Shown one piece after another: positions 45,301 to 57,646 of a DNA stretch of 64,000 nucleotides. Both the position numbers and the translations under genes were made by a program. Every line of letters begins with the position of its first letter. Within the stretch, counting starts at the first letter, position 1. The stretch lies in the NCBI GenBank assembly GCA_002633005.1, contig NMRA01000171.1, positions 62,001-126,000 on the forward strand, given 5' to 3'. Source of the stretch: Phoronis australis (Eukaryota > Animalia > Phoronida). The notes below the pieces were generated by a model, which was not told the origin of the DNA, did not search any database, and was given only the letters and a program-made list of their open reading frames with translations.

Positions 45301-48300
45301 AGGAGTTTGTTTACTTTCGATCCACTTACAGTACAAGACAACAGTAATCAAAACTTAATACCATTTCTCCATCTTGACAGCTAATTCTTTGAACAGCAAA
45401 AGTGGCTGGCTAATAACTATTATAGGGAGGGTGACACTCTAATTGCAGATTGGCTTTATAGCCACCTTTCTTGTTAATTTCCCTTCATTCTTGGTCATTA
45501 GAGATGACTACTGTGACGATGAATTTGAAATCTGCGTGCAGTCGCCGTGACAGGGAATTCTGGGTCATTTTGCTTGTCAGAGTACTTTTGGCTTGCACTG
45601 TAGTTACATATGAACGAAGATTATTATTGGTTTGATTCAAGATAATTGTAGTAAGTTTATTTTCCATTGTTGGACTAAATAATACTTAAAAGTGTTTAAG
45701 AGTTTTGTTTCATGTCCTGTCCGACTTTCTAATTCATGCATGCTCTGCAGAAGTTAGTGGGTCTGTATATCTTCAGCTGCTGCGGCAATGTGTTGGTAAG
45801 GTTTGACCAACAGTGTGCTGATGAAAATCATGTTCAATATTATATGTTGTGGCTTTTGACTCTTAAATTAAAATATTTGATCACACATTGAGTTGCACGT
45901 TTATGTACCTACACTGCACACTCATTTATGTACCTACACTGCACACTCATTTAGGACTCGTTATCTTAGACTCGATATATGTTCACAGTTAATCACTTTT
46001 GATCATCTTCAACACTGCTTGGTGAAATTTAATGAACTTTTGTATGTCCCCTCAAATTTTAGGTTTTGTTATTGTATTCGAAATGAATCTGCTGTATTTA
46101 AGAACAGTATGTCAGAGGATTTTTTTAGTTTAGAATAAATTATTCTTTTCAATTTCTAGCGAGGTCCAATTGTCTGGGGCTCTGTTTCAGTTGCGCACAT
46201 TTGTTTTGGAGTTCTATTGATTATCTTCTAAATGGCTACGCAAAGCGTCGCCTCTTTTGAGGTTGTTTGTGAGACTTCAGAAATGTTTGCCAATTGATTG
46301 TATTTTGAAGCAGCCACTTATATCCCACATTCTAAATTCCAGCTACACATTTTTGCGTCCTCTAGTGACAATTTTAGACCAGAATTTGCTGTGCAAAAAT
46401 GTCTTAGATATGCCGACTTCCGACTTAACTGCGAACTTTTACATGTTAACAAATGAGCGTGTAATCAGGACCAACAAAAAGTAATGACTGATGCAGACTG
46501 ACGAGTTAAGCAATCTAACGAATTACGTGATGTCACTTTCTGTGGAGCACAGTGTGCCAGTAATTAAACCAAGCTGTAGTGGCTGTTCCTTGTTGCAGTT
46601 CACTTCAGCTGTCCAGTCACTTGCTGTCTTCAAACAAGTTGCTTGGGCCCTTGCTGTGGCAGAATCTGCCATACAGTTTGAGCACCGTGACCTCCACTGG
46701 GGCAACATTCTGGTCAAGACTACAGACGAGCGTGTGGTCGAGTACTCACTGAATGGTAACACCTACGCCCTGGACTCTCACGGGTTGCATGTCACCATCA
46801 TCGACTTCACTCTGTCGCGTCTAACCCAAGGTAAGATAGGGTGAAACCTCTATAAACCAATGACACGCCCAGTATTGATAAACTGCCAGTTCATCATAAA
46901 CACAGAATTCACTTCTTTCTATTTTTAGTAAGTGGTCTATATCAATACCAAGTTTTTTCAAAGAAGTTCCGTTAGTAGCAACTCTAGCTGGGCACAACGT
47001 TCTTTTATTATGAGCCGACATTTCAACATGTGGATGCATATTTTGTCATCTCTGTCAGGGCGTCCAGCGTCCACTGCTGTATCTCCCAACCAACTTGCTG
47101 CATTGTAATGAGATTTGATAAATGTGTTCCTCTGAAACAGGCGACGACTACAAGTTTCGTACATTTAGAAAGAATGGACCCTGTTTTACCTAATGTCATA
47201 AAACTGATGTTTGCTGAGGCAATTTTCATTTTGGTTGTAATTTCCATGTAGTTAAGTATTGTGGCTTGTGAGGGCACTCGGTCTAAAGGTCAGTAGCGAC
47301 ATTTTGCTTTGATAAAAAACACATAGTAACATGCATGTGGCTCAGCTACAACCGGCTTTGTGATCTTAGATAAAATGAGCCCATCGTCTGCTTTCAGAAC
47401 TTTACTGCAGCATTCTGTATTAGTGATGCCTCCTTATAAGACCACTTCACTTGCATCAGTGTAATTTACAAGGTAGCAAGGAAAATACATTTTTGCAAAG
47501 CAATCAGAATTTGCTACAAATGAAAATATGTGTTACATATTGCAAGCAGATGTTGTTTCCAGCCACTGTGTACTTTCTTACCTACAGAGGGCACCACTGT
47601 CTTCTCTGACCTGTCGAAAGATGAATCCTTGTTTCAAGGAGATGCAGAGTATGACTATCAATTTGAAATCTACCGCAAGATGAGGGAAGTCAATCTGTAA
47701 GTATACGTGATGTCTGTAAATTTGCATGTTACCATTGTCTAAACTGACAATAAGTTTGAATTTTACTGTAGCTCTTCACAAACTTCAGGGGGCATATGCC
47801 CCTTCCTTTCTAATATGCAGGATTGATGATAAAACACCTAGATGCCGACTAGGTAGAGAGTGAAACTGGCTAGAGTTTGAATTTTTTATACATTTATTAT
47901 GATGTGGTTTGTTGGGGAGGAAGAGTATTGAGTAATAGATTCTGTTATTCGGCACCTCAGCTTATTTTCATTATGCGCTCACATATTTATATGTGAACGC
48001 ATTGTGCTGTCATCTCCGGCCGGCGTCCGCTGCTCTATCTCCAAAACGCCATGACATATATTCATGAAATTTTGCACATGCGTTCCTTCCATGGATGGTA
48101 CGGCATGAGCGAACTTTTGGACAAATCCGACTTCCGGTGTGCCCCCTAGTGTCAATTTTAGTTTTTTACGTTTACCTCTATCTTCAAAAGTCCTCAACGT
48201 ATTGTCATAAAATTTGGTATATAGGCACCTATTAGTGAGATGACGCTATCCTTTCATTTTCGGATGGATTCGACATAGTTTGCACCACCTAGTGGCCATT

Positions 48301-50516
48301 TTTACTGTTTTCGAGTCTGTTTTTTGCGTCCAACCCTCTGTCAACAAAACCGCTCAAAGGATGATTGTAAAAATTGGCATGTATGTTCTTACTATAAAAT
48401 GGACGGCTGATGATGATTTTCTGTCGACTTCGACTACTGTGGCACCTCCTAGTGGCAGTTTTGTTTTGTTGCACCTATAGCTGTATCTGAGGAGGCAGTT
48501 TGGCCTGGTTTATAAGTGCCCGCTTTCTTTACTCAAGGTCGTGGGTTCGAGTCCCACCATGTCACACTGCTAAACCCTTGAGCCAGGTTTCTAGCTCCTC
48601 AGCTCGGTTTTAACCATATATCAATAAAGCATAAAAATAGTTCCAGGTGATCATTGCAATGGGCCCACATGCAAGGCCTGCGCACGTCTAGTACAACGTG
48701 TATCAGACCGCCTGCAATTTTTTTTTATAGCTGTATCTCCTAAACTGTTCGCAATATCTTTATTAAATTTAATAAGTGTATTTGTATGGTATTAGCAGCG
48801 GAGGACATTGACTTTCGGACAGATCTGACTACTGGTGTGCCACCTAGTGGCATCTATCTTCAAAGGCCCTCAACATATTTTCATAAATTTGGAATACAGG
48901 CATCTGTTAATGAGGTTACGCTATCTCTCCGTTTTGAGATAGATTTGACCTAGTTTGCGCCATCTAGTGGCCATTTTTATTGTTTTCGAGTCTGTGTTTT
49001 TGGCGTCCACTCGTCTATCAATCACACCGCTTTCAGGATAATTGTGAAATTCGCATGTACTATGTAGTGGACAGTTGACGATGATTTTCCGACGACTTCG
49101 ACTACTGTGGCACCTCCTAATGGCAGTTTTGTTTTGTGCTCATGGCTGTATCTCCTAAACCCATGTGCAGGATCTTTACTTAATTTAGCTAGTGTATTTA
49201 TATGATGTTGACAAGATGAGGACAACATTTGGACGGATCTGACTACTGGTGTGCCCCCTAGTGGCAATTTTAGTTTTTTACATTTACCTCTGTATCTTCA
49301 AAGGTCCATAAAATTTTGAATATACGCATCTATTGTAGAGATGACGCTATCCTCCTGTGTTTGGATGGAATCGAGCTATTTTGCACCACCTAGTGGCCAT
49401 TTTTGCTGTTTTTGGCGTCCACCCCACTATCAACCAAATCATTGTAGGGATGGTTTTGAAAATTGGCGTGTATGTTCTCAGTGTGAAGAGGATGTTTAAT
49501 GATGGCGACTGACCTCTGTCGCGCCTCCTAGTGGTAGTTTTGTTTTGTTTTGCGCCCATAGCTGTATCTCCTAAACCTACTGCAGGATCTTTATTAAATT
49601 TAGTAAGTGTATTGATATGAAGTTAACAACAGTCTGATGACAATGACTTTCAGGGGGGATCCAACCGACTCTGTGCCCACAAGTGGCAATTTCATTTTAT
49701 TCTAGTTTCCTTTGTTTTTCTGAAGTTCCTTGACAGATTTTTATGAAATATGGCATGTGCCCGTTTTTGGATGGATTGCATGTTTTTGCGCCATCTAGTG
49801 GCCATTTTTATGACACAGATAAATAACCCTAAAAGTGCACCATCTGCAATGCATTCGAGGGTGCATTTCAATTCTGGCATTGCTCTTGTTTGGGGACAAA
49901 ATAACAATGTTATTGAAAATAGTAATCTGTATGCGATTTGTGTTTTTGTTAATAGCTGGCATTGTATGTGTGATGCAGGCCAGGAGCTTAGATACATTTC
50001 CCGATGAAATGCAGGGGTCTCTGCATTTGAGAACCAGCTTTATCCACTTAAAACCCAGCATCAAAGTGGTTTTCAAAAGTTAAGTCACACTAGTATAGCA
50101 TCGACAGCTTCAATCATACTTCCTTTATGGAAAATTTATTGCTGCCGATTTTCTGATCAACATTTTAAATTGTTTAACAGAAGTATGAAATCCACTTAAA
50201 TTGCTTCTTTTTGTGTAAAAGGTTTTGTCTTGCTAAGGTTTACTGGATTTTCTCTCTTAGTGAGGCATTTATTTTGGTTATTGTGTCTCCATACCATATT
50301 TCCTATTTCAGAGATGACTGGGAAAGATTCCATCCACGCACAAATATCTTGTGGTTGCACTACTTGGCCGACAAATTGTTGACAAAGAAGCGTTACAAGA
50401 GCTCAGCAAAGTCCCACCAAGAAGGATATGCAGTACTGAAAGCTCTTGAGAGTGATTTACTGAACTATGACAGTGCATTTGATTTGGTCATGAATTTCTC
50501 AAGCATGGTGCCATGA
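33350..50516 (+). CDS. HASPIN: Haspin (histone H3 Thr3 kinase, GSG2), 14 coding exons
   Basis: Exons 33350-33543, 34223-34239, 35912-35940, 36417-36624, 37228-37896, 38231-38394, 39654-39772, 40726-40816, 41888-41973, 44532-44594, 45026-45191, 46599-46830, 47588-47696, 50312-50516, all GT-AG and phase-consistent. Motifs: N-terminal RTYGR, KIGEGVYGEVF, VALK, ENDRP, FEHRDLHWGNILV, IIDFTLSR, DYQFEIYRKMR, W..FHPRTNILWLHYL. The two microexons are inferred from frame restoration. Confidence 0.95.
34446..35772. mobile_element. PIF/Harbinger-like MITE copy with a longer, different interior
   Basis: Termini AGGCTGTTCCAGCAAAA…TTTTGCTGGAACAGCCC flanked by TGA/TGA; interior contains a degenerate HINE-like segment (about 35150-35560). 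Confidence 0.7.
38619..39017. mobile_element. Foldback MITE (about 400 bp, almost wholly palindromic)
   Basis: AAGGTACCTAAACTACACGGTC…GACCGTGTAGTTTAGGTACCTT with internal ACGGACTCA/TGAGTCCGT subrepeats. Confidence 0.85.
41996..42564 (+). mobile_element. PIF/Harbinger-like MITE (about 570 bp)
   Basis: TIR (A/G)GGCTGTTCCAG(C/T)AAAATCTGT…; near-identical to 43067-43637 and 43807-44377 but in the opposite orientation (strand label is relative). Confidence 0.85.
43067..43637 (-). mobile_element. PIF/Harbinger-like MITE (about 570 bp)
   Basis: Same TIRs and interior as 41996-42564, inverted. Confidence 0.85.
43807..44377 (-). mobile_element. PIF/Harbinger-like MITE (about 570 bp)
   Basis: GGGCTGTTCCAG…CTGGAACAGCCC flanked by an exact TTA/TTA 3-bp duplication, typical of PIF/Harbinger. 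Confidence 0.88.
47005..47150 (+). mobile_element. Truncated HINE 5' fragment
   Basis: TTATTATGAGCCGACATTT…GTCATCTCTGTCAGGGCGTCCAGCGTCCACTGCTGTATCTCC resembles the 5' end at 50551. Confidence 0.6.
47971..49890 (+). mobile_element. HINE-family element with a nested SINE, in a haspin intron
   Basis: 5' TTATGCGCTCACATATTTATATGTGAACGCAT palindrome, tandem internal units (CCTAGTGGC, CTGTATCTCCTAAAC) and 3' GGGTGCATTTCAATTCTGGCATTGCTCTTG. Confidence 0.72.
48489..48725 (+). mobile_element. tRNA-derived SINE with 13-bp target-site duplication
   Basis: A-box-like TGGCCTGGTTT, B box GGTTCGAGTCC (48544-48554), T-rich 3' end, flanked by TATAGCTGTATCT at 48476-48488 and 48726-48738. Confidence 0.85.
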
Positions 50517-50550
50517 TTATGTTGCCTTGATGGTGTTACTTTGATCGTCA

Positions 50551-51833
50551 TTATTATGTGCCCACATATTTATATTTGGTCGCATATTGCCGCCGTCATC
50601 TCTGTCTGGGCATCGGGCGTCCGCAGCTGTATCTCCTAAACCCCTTAAGGGATCTTGATGAGATTTAGCTGAGGTGCTCCTATGAAGCTGACGACAGAAG
50701 TCAACAAATTTCGTACCTCTGACTAACGGTGTGCCCCCTAGTGGCAATTTTAATTTTTTACACTTACCTCTGTAACTTTGGAGATCCTCAACGGATTTTA
50801 ATAAAATGTGTCAGTTAGGCATCTATTAGTGAAATGATGCCATTCTCTCGTTTTCAAATAGATTCGAGGTACTTTGTGCCACCTAGTGGCTATTTTTTCT
50901 GTTTTCGAGTCTGTTTTCGGCATCCGCCAATTTATCAACCAAACTGCTCTAGGGATGATTTTGAAAGTTGGTATATATATATCTTACTGTGAAGAGGGTG
51001 GCTGACGATTTTCCGATGAGTTTGACTACTATGGCGCCTCCTTGTGACAGTTTTGTTTGTTTTTGCACCTATGGCTGTATCTCCTAAATGCTCCATATGA
51101 TCTTTATTGAATTTTGAAGGTGTATTTATATGAAGTTCAAAGCAGAGTATGACGACTTTTGAACGGATTGGATTATCGGTGTGCCCCCTTGTGGCAATTT
51201 TTTGTTTTTACGTTTACCTCGGTATCATCAAAGGTTCTCAAAGGATTTTCATAAAATTTACCTATAAGCATCTACTAGTCAGGCGACTCATTCTCAGGTT
51301 TTCGGTTGAATTCGAGGTATTTTGCGCCACCTATTGGCCATTTTTACTTTTTTCGAGTCTGTTTTTCGGCATCTGCCCCCCTGTCAGCCAAACCACTCTA
51401 AAGATGATTGTGGCAATTGGCATGTACGTTCCTAATATGAAGAGGAGGGCTGACGATTTTATGATAACTCCAAGTACTGTGACGCCTCCTAGTGGCAGTT
51501 TTTTTGCGCCTATAGCTGTATCTCCTAGACACTCTGCAAAATGTTTAATAAATTCAGCAAATGTGTTCATATGAAGTTGACAACAGACGATGACCACTTT
51601 CAGAAGTATCTGACGAACGCTGTGCCCCCAAGTGAAAATTCATTTTTACTGTTTTCCTCTGTTTCTTTGAAGTTCCTTTACGGATTTTTTATGAAATTCA
51701 ATAAATAGCCTTCTATTAAAAAACGATGGCATGTTCCCATTTTCAGATGGATTCAATGTATTTTGCGCCATCTAGAAGCACACCGTTTGTGGTGCATTCA
51801 TGGGCGCATTTCAATGCTCTGCATTGCTTTTGT
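50551..51833 (+). mobile_element. HINE-family element immediately 3' of the haspin stop codon
   Basis: 5' subTIR ATGTGCCCA with partial inverted repeat, central tandem units, 3' subTIR TGGGCGCAT, hairpins GCACACCGTTTGTGGTGC and CAATGCTCTGCATTG, T-rich ends; no TSD seen. Confidence 0.75.
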
Positions 51834-53950
51834 AGACAGATTTGTACAGCAGCTATATACGGATAGCAGTACATGTATTCACAATTGTGACCTTGTACAA
51901 TCTTCTTGTAAAAGGGGACAATAAAACCCTTTTATCAAAAAACTGTGAAGCCACTTACTGTTATAAAATCAGTCCCATCCTGTTCCTTGTTTACATTACA
52001 ACTGATAAAACTTATGGGTAGAACTTACCTATCTCCTTGTAGGAAACGCATCTGCCAAATTTCAATTAAGGCAAACGAAGAATGTAATAACGAAACTCTT
52101 CATATAATAATTACTTTGTCTAATTAGTCAACAAATTAACTTGTAATGTCAAGTGGTGTAGTTGTGACATGAAAAGGAAATAAACCGAACATTACATCAA
52201 TGGCTAATTAACCTAATTAACTTCATAGTTTCAGTGATTCAAAGAAATAGTTTCGTTGATTCTAAACACTGCTACCAGATAACGACAAAGATTTTAAAAC
52301 ACGTGTTCCTCGCAGTTGCCGTGAAGAAGTGGACTCTGCAGTAAAAATTCAGAATGCAATGACATCTACAAGAATGCGATTAAACAGCAACTCTATTAAC
52401 TACAGATTTTCTGATAGATAAAAAGTGGACAAACACCTATTGTGTAGCGTTGAAATATGGTGTGAACATCTCATTGCATTGGTTGCAGCTTAGGACTTCA
52501 GATAGACATCTAGTAACAAACTCATTTCTTTACAGAGACAAAATTAGTGATACTGATATACAGGTATGTGCTTCCTTAAATAAGGGACAAGAACATAATG
52601 ACTTATATTACTGAAGAAAGTGGACTCTGGAAAATTCATAACGAGGAGACAATGTTATTTGGAACAGATGTTGCATCATTGTGCAGCGAAAAAATGGGGC
52701 CAATTGGGCCAGGGTGAAATGTTTGCCCAGCACAAAAAAAACGCCAGACAGTGCTTTTTGTCACTCGGGAATCTACGGGTGCCGCAACACCCACAAACGC
52801 AGACAGCATTCTTGTTTTCTTTAGTAAAGAAATTTCGGACGAACAAGAAAATATGGTTATGTCGTTTTGGAAATTGGAATATAACATGTCAATTTTGTCA
52901 AACAGTGGGATATTTTGATGGCGTTGCAGGGTGGCGAGAAAAACTTTAGAAACTGTCTATCAAGAGCAGACAGTTGGCTACTATGCTGACAATAACACAT
53001 TATAGATTAGACTATTTTACAAGGTAAACTTTATTTTCAAATTCCATTTCACGAGCATAGGTTAACACTATACTGATGACATTACTGTTCTGAAATCGAA
53101 TGGACATTATATCTGGGTGTAACAGGTTAACAGCATTCCTTCAATTTGACCATATTTGATCATGGGCCCTAAGTTCCCAGACTTTTAACCATGTGCCATT
53201 GGTCGGCTTTGTCACCCGACGGTCACTATAAAAATAGGTTATTGCCTTTGTCCAGGAGTTCAGTCACTTTTCCTATTGTACAAATGAGCTATTTTCAGCT
53301 CTACTAAATTCAACGAAGACGGTGTTTGTAGTTGAGAATGCATAAGCCCACCAATGGTTGGAACCCAGCATTTGGCAATGTCTAAATTCGTCCCCAGTTT
53401 CTATAATCTTGAAGTGAAAGCTCTCACGCCCCCTGTCTGATTTATGCCAGTTTTCATATGAATTGATCCACAAGTCCTCTTGTCACTCAACACACAGAGT
53501 CACCATCAAAGAACAGATGAACGAAATTAACAAAAAGAAAAAAAGAGTGACAACAATCCAGAAGTTTGTTTGCTGATAGTCCAGTCAATGAACCTTTTGG
53601 TACAAGTCTCACACGTTTGGTGCTTAAACTTCCTGGTAGCACGGTATAATGTCTGTGTGTAACATGACCCACAGCACAATAATCCATTAGTACTCTGTGG
53701 GGATGGAACACGTCTTCTGATAGTTTAGTTTGGTGGTAAGACGAAACCTTTCTGGTTAGTCTTTTGGAGATAATACGATTACGTTGGGTGGGTTAAATCC
53801 ACAAAAACAGGTGACTCTACAAATCAAAATCACTTGTACAACTGCATTGACTTGGAAAACACCGTCAGTTCGGACTAGCAACCACCACAGCACGGTAGGG
53901 GCTAGGGCAACTACACCACTAATACCTTACGTAAACGGTAAAGCAGACAC

Positions 53951-54289
53951 TCATGATTCAGAACACTTCCTTGAAGTCTCGCTGTTGGGCAATTCAGAAT
54001 TGAATTCTGTTAAAATGTCATCACGGACTTTAAGTCTGTAGTTCTGACTGCTGTCATCACATCTAACTGCTTGTGCAACGGAAGTCCGTAAAATGAGTTC
54101 CACATCGTCTGCCATTTTTATCAAATGTTGGATCTCTTCAGTCTCTGTTACGTTCGAATTGCTTCTAAATCCGTCATTTATCCTTTTCCGGCCTTCTGTA
54201 AGCGCAACTAAGTCACCTTCAAAAACACGCAATCTCGTTCTATGAAGTCTTTTAAATGAGGCTAACACATGTCTCCGTAAACTGGCCAT
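53951..54289 (-). CDS. LYRM7: LYR-motif protein 7 / MZM1-like mitochondrial complex III (Rieske protein) assembly factor
   Basis: 112-aa single-exon ORF: VLASFKRLHRTRLRVFEGD…RKRINDGFR…EEIQHLIKMADDVELILRTSVAQA, matching LYRM7 VLQLFKTLHRTRQQVFKND…RIKINEEF…SDVELLLRTSVIQG. Confidence 0.92.
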   Translation of the reverse strand: MASLRRHVLASFKRLHRTRLRVFEGDLVALTEGRKRINDGFRSNSNVTETEEIQHLIKMADDVELILRTSVAQAVRCDDSSQNYRLKVRDDILTEFNSELPNSETSRKCSES

Positions 54290-54486
54290 AATCTGGGCTC
54301 AAGGAGTAGTAGGTTTATTTTCCCTGCTAAAAGCGCCCATATGGGCGGGCGACACCTAGCGGATAGGAACCAATTTTATTACCTTCAAATGAAAAAACTA
54401 ACTTCCGTGGCGCGCTAGTTGCAAAATGAGTTTGCCCTGACATGTTGTAGCGCTACATTTTTCAGCTAAAACTCGTCTTGGATCAG
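54290..54486. promoter_or_regulatory. Probable bidirectional promoter for LYRM7 and FANCI, with a putative non-coding FANCI exon ending at 54486
   Basis: Lies between divergent genes; locally CpG-rich with GGGCGG, CTTCCG (ETS-like) and TGGCGCGC (E2F-like) motifs; plus-strand donor CAG|GTAACA at 54486/54487. Confidence 0.5.
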
Positions 54487-54628
54487 GTAACAGCAATCAA
54501 CTGGACTAGCACATTGTCATTTTCTTGCAAGTGTTTTATTGTAGCACCGACGTTAATAATCAGAAACCGACCTCCCTGGCCCACGACAAACCCCAGGCCC
54601 AGAGCCCCTAGGCCTGCCTAGGCCCACA

Positions 54629-54841
54629 CACAGGCGTCCTCAGCTTCTGATCGTCCCCAATATGTAGTGTATTGGGGACGATCAGAAGCTGAGGACGCCT
54701 GTGCCTAGGCCTAGCCTAGACACAGGCGTTCTCAGCTGCCTGCTGATCGTCCCCAATACAAAAGTCAAAGTCACTGTACATTACTTACTACAAGTAGTAT
54801 TATATGTAGTTGGGGACGATCAGAAGCTCAGGACGCCTGTG
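54629..54841. repeat. Tandem pair of short hairpins (34-bp arms)
   Basis: Perfect stem 54629-54662/54670-54703 with a 7-nt loop; second imperfect copy 54721-54841 with a spacer of about 50 nt. Confidence 0.92.
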
Positions 54842-55898
54842 GCCCTAGACAGCCAGCTAGATCAGTGTATGAAGACTATCATCAAAATGCAGCTAGGTAC
54901 CAGTGTGTGTTTTTCTTCCATAGACCCCGAAATTGCACTCACTGCCACAGCCATGGTAATTCTTCACGTCAACTCACCATGAAGCCAGAATCAACATGTA
55001 GAGCTAAAGACCGGACGGGGTGCATGCAAAATCTGGGAATCAACTGGCACTCACCTTGCCCTTTACAACCGTTTAAGTGAAAAACAATACAACAAAGGTC
55101 ATTTTCTTGCGTCATTCTCGACCTTTTGTAACAATGAAAAGTATATTGTCATTTTGAAAACAGTACGCCCGTGTCACTCGCACGCGCCATTTCTTAAATT
55201 TTTGTGTCAACTTTGCAGCAGCAATATTTGTTCTGAAATTCGGTTTTTCGTTATAGAAATTCTAAAAACTTAAAATGAAGTGAAACCAGTTCCAATAATT
55301 TGTTGTGACGTGTATGCAACCTCCTGGAAGAACAACAGTTGATTGAAGTTTCGGCGAAAAAAGAAACTGGCCAATAGGTGACGCAATATTTCATGACGCT
55401 GAAAGCCGACGCAGAAGATCGCTCCACAACTTTATCAGCAGAATAACAATAGAACACCATTTTTTCCAACACCGTTAAATAATTTAGTTTACTCAAGGAA
55501 GACTGTAGTTTTTAATGACGCCAATTTTGTGTCAGATTTTACCTTACCACTTTTTTACCCACATCAGCGCAAAGCTGTATATTTAAAGTATACAGCTATG
55601 TACCAAGGCTAGCCCATGCCATACCCGGCCAAATGGCAAATGTGAGATGGATAGGAAAGCGAAGAAGGTACGCCGCACTTGAGATCTGCTCAAAGAACCC
55701 CTCATTGACAGTTCATGTCCACCCTCAGTCTGTGTGATACAAAACAAATGTATTTTCTAATTTAATGCTTTTCAAAAAGTAACTGCCAGATTATGTTTTG
55801 CTTCTAACTTACTACAAAATGACTCGTCTGTGGCCAGTCAGTAATGAGCAGTGGAAGGAATCTTTATTTAAAAGTCGGTAAGGTTTCACAATGAAACA

Positions 55899-56582
55899 TT
55901 AGGCAACACGTAGCCCCTCGGTTGGCAGGTTAGGGGCTACAATACTTACCATCGCTTTCTGTATGAATTTCGTCGTCCCGTGTATTTTAAACGGTCGGAG
56001 TTTTCATGTCATCAAAAATACATTTCGCACTTGAAACTGCCATTTAAAAAGGCGCGCACTTCAGTGGTCCTTCGATGAAGCTTAGTTACGAGAATTAAGG
56101 TGACTTTGGCGAAGAATTCCAACTCCACTTTTTTGGTCACCGTTAACTTTGTCACCATGCGCGTGATTACCACAAAGTATTTCAAATGAGTCACGTGAGT
56201 TAGGCAAAGGCGAGCGTGAAACTGAGCAAAGTGCCTGACGCTGACACGTGACACTTGCAGAATAGCATGGGAAGGTATCAGGTGGAATTTGTGAGATTTG
56301 TGTCCTTTGGGCTTTTTATTTATCAACATGCGTGATTTCACTTAACTTCCTGAAAATGGCACCCGGTAAGAGAAATTCAAGCAAACCGCGACATATTTTC
56401 ATTGATTTGTTCAAATTATCTTGACTGCATCATCTCCAGACTGTGGTATGTGTTAATTATAACCCCATGTGCATATATGCATGTTTCATTTGATTTTATT
56501 TCCTGTCTTATGAAACTCGTAACTTTTTTTGGGGATGTACTGTCGCCCCCTGTATGCCTGTGGCATCCAGGGCGATGTAACT
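55899..56582 (+). repeat. Dispersed repeat (about 700 bp), copy 2
   Basis: Collinear with 30936-31647. Confidence 0.88.
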
Positions 56583-57646
56583 GCACAATTGCTATTATCC
56601 GACAACTTAAAAAAAAACTTCAACTTCAAGCTAATTATGCAGTACAGATAAAATTCAGAACCTTAGCATAAATACACAAGTACGTTTACGTGTTACGGGG
56701 TGTGTAGACATATGTAGCAATTCTCACAACAGCAGTTCACAGAGAAAAAAATCAACAGCAAGTGTAGCAAATTCATTTAAGGCAGTACATTGTGTCATTG
56801 TTGATAACAGTGCCACTTTCTTGACTGACTGTTGGGATGGTCGCTTCATCTGCCGGAAGCTTTTTGGCAAATTATGCCTCACTCTGATTGAAACAAAAGT
56901 CACGTTGTTATAAATACCTGTTCGCATAGAGGGACACCTTAGGAGGCCGTCGAAGTCTTTAATTTCTTCAAACTGGATCAGATACCTCCCGAAATCAATT
57001 TTTTTTTCAAGCAGTCCTTCGTTCAGTTGCCCAACTTGGCAATTGGCCATTTTTAAGACTGTGCGCACCAGGAGAAATGACGTCACATGATGTTTTGATA
57101 AATGTGAGGCATAATTCATTGAAAAGCTTCCTTACTATGAAGCATCTAATAGGAGCGTCACCGTCTCCAAGACTAGTAGAGACGGTGGTCACTGTCTAGT
57201 GGCCAGTAAGTATGTTTAAGAAACGTAGTCCCTCGGCTGGCCACGCTTGTGGTGTCCACAGGTAATGTACTAGTAAAATTGCCTAAAGCTTGCTAAACAA
57301 AATCGGGAGTTGCAGTGGCGACCTGAAGGTCGTCAAATCAAGCTCTGCTGTGTGATGTGAATGGCCGGTAGTGTGAGTGGAATGGTTGACGAAAACCAGG
57401 GGCCAGCCTTCTAACCACTTGTGTAATAATTTTGGTCGAGTTTGTCAGGTTGATGTGAGAACCAATTGCTTTCATGGAAAAATGGGCATTATTCAGTGGC
57501 AGTAAGGGGTTCTCAAAAAAGTTTTCCTTGGCACTTGACTATAAGCCCTCCAAAAACAGTTGTTAGGTTGAAAATAAACAGTGGAGGTGCTATTCACAGA
57601 CTGATGCATATTTATGAACTCTATGATTTCTTTGTAGGATTTACCA

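Noticed and set aside
48489-48565. tRNA gene
   Set aside because: Has A/B boxes but no convincing cloverleaf; followed by unrelated body, T tail and TSD, so it is a SINE head.
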